Assembly: GCA_002104905.1 (NCBI GenBank)
Contig: MCFE01000634.1
Coordinates: 1 to 51,087, forward strand
DNA: 51,087 bases
From: Basidiobolus meristosporus CBS 931.73
Lineage: Eukaryota > Fungi > Basidiobolomycota
Direction: 5' to 3'
Shown here in pieces: positions 38,049-49,062 of this stretch. Position 1 is the stretch's first letter; every line of letters starts with the position of its first letter. The notes beneath the pieces were generated by a model. The model was not told the DNA's origin and made no database searches. It saw nothing but the letters and a program-made list of their open reading frames with translations. A program made the translations under genes and the position numbers.

Positions 38049-39620
38049 TTGACTCACTTCTGTATTTATGCGGCCAAAAATAAGGCAAATTTGTCTGGTT
38101 CCCAACCAAACCTCACTACTGATAGGAGCAGAAGAACAGTTAGACAAAAGCTTGCTTTGAGATTCAGTGCAACAAGTGGGGCTACAACCAAAGAAGGCCC
38201 TGTGGACAGTGTGCCCATTGATTGTAATAATGCAGACACTGCAGGCTCTCAGTCAATTAGGCAATTGAAAATCTCTGCAGAGCTGCAAGCTGGCCACAGT
38301 ACTGAGGCAGATGAGAATGTAGCAACAGCAGTACCTTCAGTTGCAGACCATTAAGTGGCTGTCATAACATTGCCACCACTCATATTAGCAAGTATGTTGT
38401 CAGCTCATGCCAAAGCATTAAAGAGGTAATCAGGTACTGTAGCTAATAGGATCGATGCAATGGCTCAGAGAAGTCAAGAAAGAGTTCAGAAACAGGATGA
38501 GTGGATAAAAGGTATAGATCAATCTATATCCCAGGTAGAGAAAGCAGTATCTTTGCTGCAAAGAAGGAACTCAAGTAGCTCAATGCTACAGCCAAGAATT
38601 GAGCCATTTTGCACTGTAATAGCAGACAACCACTGTACAGTCTTTCAAGCACAACAACACTGCTCAAACATAAAGCCTATAGAAAATCTATCACAACATA
38701 GCAGGGAGAAAATGTAGTGTTTATACCAAAGCCTATAAATCAAAAGACATTGAAGATATGTGAAGCTGTTGATTGCAGTGATGAAGAGTGGGCAAATATC
38801 CAAGAGGCCATTAGAAGTCTAGCATGCCAACACCGTAAGGCCAGTATACCATGGGACCATAAGGAACTCAAGGCCCAGCAGAAAGCTGCTGACTTGCTCC
38901 ATGAGCATTATCCTGGATTCAAGTAAGCAAACAGATTTTGGGCCAGTATTGGTATGCTAACAAAGTATCTCAAGATTAGCAGAAACTATCAAAGGCAGCA
39001 GTACCAGGGTGCCATGGCTAAAAACCAACAGCTTCCTCAAGAGCCTGATACAAGCAGGGCCAAAAGCTCCAAGCAAGCATCAAGGAGATGCCAGGTAGCT
39101 GGAAGAGTGCCATTAAGGGACAAGTGGCTTTCTCATGAGTCTATTACAACTACAGCTGAGGGCTCAATACAAGTGGTAAAGAAATGTCAAGTTGCAAGGA
39201 CAGTGCCAGCAAGGGACAAGTAGGACAAAACAGCTGCGTTTGAGCAGAATTTAGCAAAGAGAAAATATAATTCCTTACAAGAAGCACTCAGAAAAAGTAG
39301 AAGTGAAAGACCTGGCAGTGATAAAGGAGAAGGTAAAGGGAAAAGTGTCTACCCAAGCCTGAGACAGGGAAGCATACAAAAAAAACTGCAGCTATTGCCA
39401 ATGAATGCTGTAAGCCTGGAACAGACTGAATCTCATTGTGGCCAAGAAGAATTACCAGCAAAAAAACAGCTGTTTCCACCAGAGTTGGAAGCTCAGGCTG
39501 TTGAGCTACACTCCACCAAGGTAGATGAGTTTGCAGAGAAAGGCAATTTGTCTACCACAGCCTCTGCATCCTCCATTGTTGACATAGTGGAGGTCCCACT
39601 GACAGACAAGGCTACAATGT
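38049..39620 (+). pseudogene. CMC ORF2, most complete copy
   Basis: Consecutive ORF pieces 38049-38354, 38460-38717, 38717-38926 (CSDEEWANIQEAIRSLA..PWDH..LLHEHYPGFK), 38954-39223 and 39395 onward. Confidence 0.75.
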
Positions 39621-39624
39621 CAAG

Positions 39625-40449
39625 AGCTCAGATGCTGATTGGGGACAATATTTGGAAGACAGAAGATCCACCACAGGATACACCTTTCTTTGCTGTAAAG
39701 GAGTAACTTCATGGAATTCAAGAAAACAACCAACCATAACACTTTCTACCACAGAGGCAGAGTATATGGCAGCCTGTGAAGCTATCAAAGAAGCAATGTG
39801 GCTAAGAAAGCTTTTTACAGATTTAGGCCTATGTCTAAAAACACCTATTACTTTATTTCAAGATAATCAAGGATGTATACAATTAGGTAGAAATCCAACT
39901 TTTCATGCTAGAGCTGAGCACATAAAAATTAGACATCTTTTCATATGTGAAGCTATAGAGAGTAACTTAGTTATCTTAGTATACTGTCCTTCAGATGAAA
40001 TGTTTGCAGACATATTTACCAAACCATCAGTTAGAGACAAGTTTGAATATCTTAGGTCAAAATTAGGACTAGCCAGTATGAACATTTAGCTGAGTGGGAG
40101 TGTTGTAAAAATTTGTAATTCCACCTATATACTCACTTGACTTAGTTGCTTGGATTGTTACCTTCAAATCCTAGGGAATACTGACTAAATTCCTTGTCAG
40201 GATTTACTTAGAATATTTTCACCAATATATCAGGTACCCAGAACATGAAAATTCTAAAAGTTGTTCAAACAGCTCCAAACTTTGCACACATGTTCCTGGG
40301 ACCTTCCTAAGCCTATTCTATTTGTTTTTAATGCCAAGACCTGGTAAAAGTATAAATACTACTTTTACATTCAATAAATCATGAAGTGAAAACCACATAA
40401 TCTACATGTCCTCCCAATTACTTCCAATATCTCCAAGACTCTTACAACA
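39625..40449 (+). mobile_element. Copia family 1, copy K: RNaseH, PPT and 3' LTR (40101-40449); the rest is deleted
   Basis: ORF 39652-40089 (STTEAEYM, FQDNQG, ADIFTK); junction to ORF2 at GAGCTCAGATG; CMC sequence resumes at 40450 (GAAGT). Confidence 0.92.
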
Positions 40450-40735
40450 GAAGTAACAAGTATGAAAAAGAGACAATAACCATTCACTGTACACAAGCAT
40501 AGGAGGTGATTGAATGTCCAGGATCAGAAAGTGAACAAATTGGCAGGGAACCAATCAAAACCTACTAAAATATTGTTGAAATGAAAAATTTGGGCCAAGT
40601 TTTTGTGAAATCTAGGGTGCAATTATTTTTAATGGCCTCTGCATGGTGTCATGGTGGGATCAGTACCTCTTAGTCACCTGACTTTGAAATTGTGAAGGCC
40701 TTTTGATGGGACCATCACAATAACTTCTCATAGGG

Positions 40736-41975
40736 AAAGTGTTGAGATGCCCCAGAGTCAATTTACCACATCTGAGAATCATTTTTTGTAGTTATATTTA
40801 GTGTTGATATGAACAGTTTATCATCAGTTGTTTCAGCATTTCTATATTCTGGCTTCTCTGCTGGCTATCTCTCTTTTTCAGGCCCCAGTCAGATGTGTGT
40901 CCATTTCATTTGCAGTAGTTGCAAAACAGGTTGCAATTGCCTTTAAAAGGTCTTGGGTATCTCCTTTATTAGTTATCATTGCTTATTAAAGCATTTTCTT
41001 CTTCCTTCTTATTGACGCTTGATTTTCTGAATTCTTCATCAAGGAGTCTTCCATATATGTAACTTAAGGTCAAATCTTCAGTTCTGGACTCCAAGGCTGA
41101 TACAAGGCCCTGAAACATGTCTGTCTGGCTATTCAGGATGGTAACTATTACATCCTCCTCAATAGCTGGTATGCCCACAGCTTCCATCTCATCCATTGGA
41201 AGGGTAATCTGTTAAATAAATTTTTCATTTCTTCTCCTGGCAGCATCTTTGCAGTAGAAAATTTTTGTCCAAGATACATTTCTTAGCAGCTGAACATGAT
41301 TGGTAGGTGTCTTTTAATGCCTTACAGGCATTCTTTGCTGTTTTTGCTCTTGAGCATTGAATTAGCAATTTGTTATTGACACTAAGGCAAATGCAGTTAA
41401 AGGCACTTTGCTTTTTCTTGTGGTACTTTAAAGCTTCCTCCCCCATACTTTTATGAGGACATTCTTCTCCCATGACAATATCCCAAAGGCCTCTTTCTTG
41501 TAGCGGCATCTTCATCTTCACCTTCCACACATGGTAGTTAGATCCATCCAACTTTTCTACAGGGGGAAATATTCCAGTAATACCACTGGTAGACATTGCA
41601 GAGAGTGACAGCTTGGGGCTCATAATGTGTTGTAAGAGTCTTGGAAATATTGGAAGTGATTGGGAGAATAAGATGATTATTTGATTTTCACTCAATAATA
41701 TATTGAATGAAAAGTAGTGTTTATACTTTTACATAGTCTAGGCCTAACAACCATATTGAATAGGTTAAGGAAGGCCCCAGGAGCATGTGTGCAAAGCTTG
41801 GGGCTGTTTGCACAACTTAGAGAATTTTCACTAAAATACCAGATACACAAATCATGAAAATTCTTAAAGTTGCTCCCAACAAGGAATTTAGTCAGTTCTC
41901 TACAAGATTTGTAGGTAATGCTCTAAGTGACTAGCTTAGGTGAGTACTTAGATAGAGCTACTAACTTTTACAACA
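40736..41975 (-). mobile_element. Copia family 1, copy F: 5' LTR 41628-41975, gag and protease start
   Basis: ORFs 41225-41695 and 40969-41196; PBS remnant rc CATTATGAGCCCC. Confidence 0.92.
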
Positions 41976-44900
41976 AAAATAGGTGGCTTCCTCAACAGCT
42001 TGTCATAAGTAGGGCTGAAAGCTTGAGAAGAGTGGCACAGAGACATCAAGTAGCCAGAACAGTGAAAGTAAGGGACAAGTAGGCAGAAACAGATGCAGCA
42101 GTGCTTAATTTATTAAGAAAAAAAGGTAGCTCAATACAAAGAGTGCTCAGTCAAAGGAGCAGTTAAAGCTGGCAGTGATAAAAGCCCATGACCTTTTCAA
42201 GAGCCTGTTGCTGTTATGAAAATTTGTAATTCCACCTTCTTATTCATCTAATTTAGTCACTTAGATCATTACCTTCAAATCCTAGGGAATACTGACCAAA
42301 TTCCTTGTCAGGATTTACTTTGAATATTTTCACCAAAATACCAGGTACCCAGAATAGGAAAATTCTCAAGGTTGTCCAAACAGCCCCAAACTTTGCACAC
42401 ATGTTCTTGAAATCTTTCTTAACCTATTTTTTATATTTTTTATGCCAAGACTATGTAAAAATATGCATATCACTTTTACATATAATAAACTATTAAGTGA
42501 AAGCCACATAATCTACTTGTCCTTCCAATCACTTCCAATAACTCCAAGACTCTTACAACATGCTATGAGCCCCAGGCTGTCATTATCAGCAATGTCTACT
42601 ACTGCCATTACTGGAATTTTCCCTCTGCTGAAAGGTTGGATGGATTTAAGTACAAAGTGTGGAAGGTGAAGATGAAGATGCTGCTGCAAGAAAGAGGTCT
42701 TTAGGATATTGTCATTGTAAAAGAATGCCCTCTGAAAAATATGGGAGAGGATTCCTTGAAGTACCAGAAGAAAGTACAAAGTGCCTTTAACTGCATTTGC
42801 CTTAATGTCAAAGACAAATTGATAATTCAATGCTCAAGAGCAAAAACAGCAAAGAATGCCTGAAAGGCATTGAAAGACTCCTACCAGTCATCTTCAGCTG
42901 CTAAGAAACTGTAACTATGACAAAACTCTTTACTACAAGGATGCAGCCAGGAGAAGAAATGAAAAATTTATTTAACAGAAATACCTTGCTGGTGGATGAG
43001 ATAAGATCTGTGGGTGTACCAGCTACTGATGAGGATGTGATAGTTACCATCCTGAATAGCCTGATGGACATGTTTCAGGGCCTTGTATCAGCCCTAGAGT
43101 CCAGAACTGAAGATTTGACCTTAAATTATGTATATGAAAAGCTCCAGGATGAAGAATTCACAAAATCAAGCCCCAATAAGGAAGGGCAAAAGGCTTTAAT
43201 AAGCAGCAATGACCAACAAAGGAGGTACCTAAGATCCTACAAAGGCAACAGAAACCTGCTTTGCAATGACTGCAAAAGGGAAGGACACACTTAAGACCAG
43301 TTTCTTGAAAAGAGTGATAATCAGCAAAAGAAGCCGGAATATGGAAACATTGCAACAACTGAAGATAGAGTATTCATATCTGTGCTAAATACAACTACAG
43401 AAAAGGAATCTCAGACATGATATATTGACTCTGGAGCATCTCAACACTTTACAAACCAAAGCAAACTTTTTACCCAATACCAAGAAATCCCAATTAAGAG
43501 GTTTTCATGGGTGACAATAGAACACTTGATGCAGTGGGAGAAGGAACTATCCAAGTAAACCTTAGAAGCAATGACAGAAGCCATACACTGACTTTTAAAG
43601 AAGTACTTAATGTACCAGAAATAGCTACAAACCTACTATCTGTAACCAAGGCCACAGCAGAAGAACGCAGTTTCAGCTTTGACAATTCTGGATGCAGGTT
43701 CACTGATCAAAATGGTGCTCATTTTGCTTTACATATCAGAGAGTAGAATGTGTATAAGTTAGCTTATATTCCATCATTTCTTGAAGCCAATATAACTAAC
43801 TTAAATGAAGAAACACCAATGCCTTGGCACAGGAAATTTAGGTACATCAATTTTGATTATTTGCTCAAGATGATCAGAGTTCAGTTAATTTCCGGAGTAA
43901 AAACTGATCCCCCAGCTAGTTTGGAGCACTGTGAAGCCTGCATATATGGGAAGCAAGCCAGACAACTGTTCAAGAGCTCTGAGCTAATCAAAACTAAGAA
44001 AAAATTAGATCTAATTCACTCATATCTGTGTGGACCTACACAAAATTTATTCTTAGGTGGGATGAAGTATTTAGTCACTTTTATTGATGATTACACAAGA
44101 TACACATGGGTTTACCTCATGGAGAGAAAGAAAGAAGCTCTGTCTAAGCTCAGGGAGTTTGAAGCCATGGTGGAGAGAGAAACTGGTTAAAAAATCAAGA
44201 AAATACGCTCTGACAATGGTGGAGAATATACCTCAAAACTCTTCATCCACTTCTGCAAGATTCATGGGATAAAGCAAGAGACTACTGTACCTTACTCCCC
44301 ACAGCAAAATGTAGTTGCAGAACATGCAAACAGACCAATAATTGATATGGCAAGATTTATGAACCATAATCAAAAATTATCCTATGATTATTGGGTGGAA
44401 TCAGTTACCTCAGCTGTATACCTTAAAGATAGGAGTTATAGCAGAATACTTTGTGATTCTATTCCATTTGAAGCATGGTATAGATACAGACCAAGTGCAG
44501 AATATCTAAGAATGTTTGGACTCTACAATACCAAAGCAAAGAAGCTGGTCAAGTCCATGGATGTGTTGTTGGATGAAAATTCAAAATTTTTGCCAAAAAT
44601 GACATCAGATGATGACAAAAATTTGATCTCAAGTCTGCTAATTGTCAGGATTGAGTCCCATCATAGACAAGAAGAATCAACAATAATACACCAGCTATTC
44701 TCAGAAGAGATGGTGGTGCAGCCAGTTGAGCCACACTGCAGCAAGGTAGTTGAGCTTTTGGAGAAAGTCAATATGTCTACCACAACCTCTGCATTCTCTG
44801 TTGCAGAGTGGATATCCTTCCAACAGACAAAGCCACAACATCAAGAGCTTAAATGACGATCATAATGCCTACAGTAGAATTTGGAATATTACTAGGCACA

Positions 44901-45572
44901 CCAAGCACTTCCAACACCACTTCAAGAGTGGTGCTTAACAAAATGCACTTGAATAATGCAATGATTTATTGCAATGACTGGCAGATGTGGTGCTAGGCCT
45001 TGTAGTGCAGGCTGAAGACCAGGACATATGGGAACCAGTGAATGAACAATGGCATAAAGCTGTACAGTTCCCATCAAAGTGATGGAAAAGGGCATTACAA
45101 CCAAAATACTTATTGAATACAGGATTTTAATGGAATTGCTTGTTGAGTGTGTGGTTGGGCTCAGTGATACTGTTGGGTATAGGGACTTGTATAGGTCAGT
45201 ACAATCAGCAGTTAAATAGAGACTGAAATTTCAACTGATATAGAGCAATTTGTGTGCATGAAAAGTAAGAGCATTGGCCTAGTCAGGAAGTAAGGAGTGT
45301 GAAAAAAAGGCAACACTCAATCAATGTACAGAAATGTAGGAGGTGAGGGAGCATCTAGGATCCAAAAGTGAGAGAATTGGTAGAGAACCAATCCAAAGCC
45401 ACTTCTGTAATGTTGTGACAAAAAGTTTTGACCTAGGTTTTTGTGAAATCTGAGGTGCAATTTTTTCTAAACTATCTTTGTAGGGTGTCTTAATTGCATC
45501 AATACCTCCTAATCATGGAATTCAATTTTGTGACAGCCTTTTGATGGGATCATCACAATTATCTTCATAGGG
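41976..45572 (+). mobile_element. CMC ORF2-side end (ORF2 repeat unit 41976-42211; ORF2 tail and TIR ~44658-45572) hosting copia copy G
   Basis: Homologous to 18900-20182; ends CACAATTATCTTCATAGGG (rc CCCTATGAAGATAATTGTG). Confidence 0.85.
42212..44657 (+). mobile_element. Copia family 1, copy G: 5' LTR 42212-42560, gag, protease, integrase; RT and 3' LTR deleted
   Basis: ORFs 42917-43294, 43507-43746, 43750-44190 ([17 protein letters not shown]) and 44347 onward. Confidence 0.93.
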
Positions 45573-46083
45573 TTCAGGATGATATCATATCCAAAAGCTT
45601 GTCTTACAGTCAATTGGGGCCATATTCATACATATAAAAATACATTTCATTGTTGATCTGAACCCTCAGTTGCTAGACATATGCAACTTTTTTTGGTAGT
45701 GATAGTGCACCAACATACTATATTTCTTGACATATTTACATGCCAGTTCAAAAGACTCATCTTCATAAGTCATTTGAATAGTTACTGCAAGCATCTTTTG
45801 AAGGCAAGGCCTTCTTCTCCATAGCAAAATCCTCATAAACACAGTTTATTAGCAGCAGTAGTCATCTTTAACTTTTAGCAGAACAAAAGTGCCAAAAGTC
45901 TATCCCCAGACCAGCAGAAATAGATCCAGAGCAAAGTAGGCACCAAGAGGAGAGTAAGCTTGGGCTCATAACCTGTTGCAATATTCTGAGGAGTATTGGA
46001 GATGTGGAGAGCTATAGGATTTACATGTTGATGACTTGTAAATATATTGATCAAAAGTATGGTGTCTATACTTTTGGTAAAGT
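45573..46083 (-). mobile_element. Remnant of a second copia family: partial LTR (45974-46083), perfect PBS, decayed gag start
   Basis: GGGCTCATAACC at 45962-45973 adjoins TGTTGCAA, but the LTR sequence is unrelated to family 1; minus-strand translation includes FK*LMKMSLL, a weak match to a gag N-terminus. Confidence 0.6.
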
Positions 46084-49062
46084 TGTTGTATAAATTTGTA
46101 TTTCCACCTGAATATTCACCCAACTTAGTCACTTAGATCATCACCTTCAAATCCTAGAGAATACTGACCAAAATTCCTTGTTAGGATTTACTTTGAATAT
46201 TTTCACCAAAACACCAGGTACCCAGAACATGAAAATTCTCAAACTTGTCCAATCAGCCCCAAACTTTGCACACATGTTCTTGAAACCTTTCTTAACCTAT
46301 TCTATGTATTTTTTATGCCAAGACCAGGTAAAAGTATAAATACTACTTTATTTCAATAAATCATGAAGTGAAAACCACATAATCTACTTGTTCTCCCAAT
46401 CACTTCCAATAGCTCCAAGACTCTTACAACAGGTTATGAACCCTGAGCTGTCACTCTCTGCAATGTCTACTACTGCTATTACTGGAATTTTCCCTCTGCT
46501 GAAAAGTTGGATGGATTTAAGTACCAAGTGTGGAAGATGAAGATGAAGATGCTGCTACAAGAAAGAGGCCTTAGGGATATTGTCATGGGAGAAGAATGCC
46601 CTCCTAAAAACGTGGGATAGGAAGCCTTAGAGTACCAGAAGAAAGAACAAAGTGCCTTTAACTGCATTTGCCTTAATGTCAAGGACAAATTGCTAATTCA
46701 GTGCTCAAGAGCAAAAACAACAAAGAATGCCTGGAAGGCATTAGAAGACACCTACCAGTCATGCTCAGCTGCTAAGAAAATGTATCTGAGACAAAATTCT
46801 TTACTACAAAGATGCTGCCAGGAGAAGAAATGAAAAATCTAATTAACAGAATTACCCTGCTGGTAAATGAGATGGAATCTGTGGGTGTACTAACTACTGA
46901 TGAGGATGTGATAGTTACCATCCTGAATAGCTTTACAGACAAGTTTCAGGGCCTTGTATCAGCCCTAGAGTCCAGAACTGAAGATTTGACCTAAAATTAT
47001 GTATATGGAAGGCCCCTGGATGAAGAATTAAGAAAATCAACCGCCAATAACAAGGAAGAAGAAAATGCTTTAAGAAGCTATGATAACCAACAAAGGAGGT
47101 ACCTAAGACCCTACAAAGGCAACAGCAACCTGTTTTGTAACTACTGCAAAAGGAAATGACACACATTAGACCGGTGTCTCAAAAAGAAAGATAATCAGCA
47201 AAAGAAGCCTGAATATGGAAATGCTGCAACAACTGAAGATAGACTATTCACTAAATATGACCACAAACAAGGATTCTCAGACGTGGTATATTGACTCTGG
47301 AGCTTCTCAACACTTTACACACCAAAAAGAACTTTTTACCCAATATCAAGAAATTCCAATTAAGAAGGTTTTCATGGGTGACAATAGAACACTTGATGCA
47401 GTAGGAGAAGGAACTATCCAAGTAAACCTTAGATGCAGTGAAGGAAGCCATACACTGACCTTTAAAGAAGTACTCTATGTACCAGAAATAGTTATTCACT
47501 CAGATGTGTGTGGACCTATGCAAAATTTATCCTTAGGCGGGATGAAGTATTTAATCACTTTTATTGATGATTATACAAGATACACATAGTTCTACTTCAT
47601 GGAGAGAAAGGAAGAAGCTCTGTCTAAGTTCAGGGAATTTAAAGCCATGGTGCAGAGAGAAACTGGTTAAAAAATCAAGAAAATACACTCTGACAATAGT
47701 GGAGAATATACCTCAAAACTCTTCATCCACTTCTGCAAAATTCATGGGATAAAGCAAGAGACTACTGTACCATACTCCCCACAGCAAAATGGAGTAGCAG
47801 AACATGCTAACAGACCAATAATTGATATGGCAAGATCTATAATCCATGATCAAAAATTTTCCTATGATTTTTGGCCGGGATCAGTTGCCACTGCTGTATA
47901 TCTAAAAAACAGGAGTTAAAACAGAATACTTTATGACTCTACTCCATTTGAAGCATGGTATGGATACAGACCAAGTGCAGAACATCTAAGAATATTTGGG
48001 TGTACAGCATATGCCAAGAAACTGCCCGGAAATCAGTCAAAATTTGAGCCAAAAAGTGTAAAATGCATATTTTTGGGCTACTGCAATGAGAGTAAGGCAT
48101 ACAGACTCTACAATACAGAGGCAAAGAAGCTGATCAAGTCCAGGGATGTGTTGTTTGATGAAAGTTCCAAATTTTCACAAAAATGACATCAGATGATGAC
48201 AAAAATTTGGTCTCAGGTCCCCCAGTTGTCAGGATTGAATCAGAGCAAAACAATGAAAATTTTTTCACTCCAGGGGACTCTACAACCGTGGTTCAGCAGA
48301 ATCAGTGCCCAGGAATATCCCAGAAGTGATCATTCCAGTATCAAATGCCCGGAGATCCAATTCAACAAGAATTAGCCCAAATTACTATATCAATGAGGGT
48401 ACAAACTTGGCCTATGCCTATTCAGTCCATATTGATGAACCCCAGACTGTAAAAGAGGCCCTAAATAGCCCTCAGATGAAGTTTTGGAGATCTGCAATGA
48501 CTGAGGAATATCAGGCCCTGATGGAAAATCAAACTTGGAACTTAGTCAAATTACCAATCAACCAAAAATCAATTGGATGCAGATGGGTCTTCAAGACAAA
48601 ATACAAGGCTGATGGTACAATTGAAAGATACAAAGCAAGACTTGTAGCCAAAGGATACTCTCAAACAAAAGGACTTGACTATACTGAGACCTTTGCACCG
48701 GTAGCCAAGTTTAATTCCATCAGATTAATATTGGCTATTGCAGCCAAATATAAGTTTTTTATTCATCAAATAGATGTAAAAACTGCATTTTTGAATGAAG
48801 AACTTGATGAGGATGTGTATATGGACCAGCCTGATGGGTTTGTTGACCAAGATAACCCCCATTTGGTCTGCAAGCTTAAAAAGTCACTATATGGTCTCAA
48901 ACAATCACCAAGAGCCTGGAATTGCAAGAAAGACTCTTATTTGGAATCTTTGAGTTTCCAAAGGAGTAATGCTGACTATAGTATATACTATAAGCCAGAT
49001 GATAGCAAATCCAGGTCTATTAGCTCTATATTTGGAAGATCTTATTATAGCTGCCAATAACC
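46084..49062 (+). mobile_element. Copia family 1, copy I: 5' LTR 46084-46431, gag, partial pol; cut in RT by copy J
   Basis: Internal deletion at ~47493 joins the protease region to the integrase core; RT ORF 48305-49060. Confidence 0.94.

Larger units (their letters stand above)
30801..40735 (-). mobile_element. Most complete CMC/EnSpm copy: TIR, transposase (-), divergent ORF2 (+), TIR; contains two copia insertions and may be composite
   Basis: Left end CCCTATGAAAAATAATTTGG; right end rc CCCTATGAGAAGTTATTGTG; transposase ATG at 37845 (-); ORF2 from ~38049-38140 (+). The flanks (CT versus AA) show no TSD. Confidence 0.8.

Noticed and set aside
30796-40740. A TSD proving 30801-40735 is one intact insertion
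   Set aside because: The left flank (..TTGCT) and right flank (AAAGT.., copia sequence) do not match, and an internal deletion junction at ~39620 could have joined two copies.
45962-45973. GGGCTCATAACC as part of a tRNA-Met gene
   Set aside because: Only the anticodon arm is present, with no D, T or acceptor arms, and it abuts an LTR terminus; it is a PBS.
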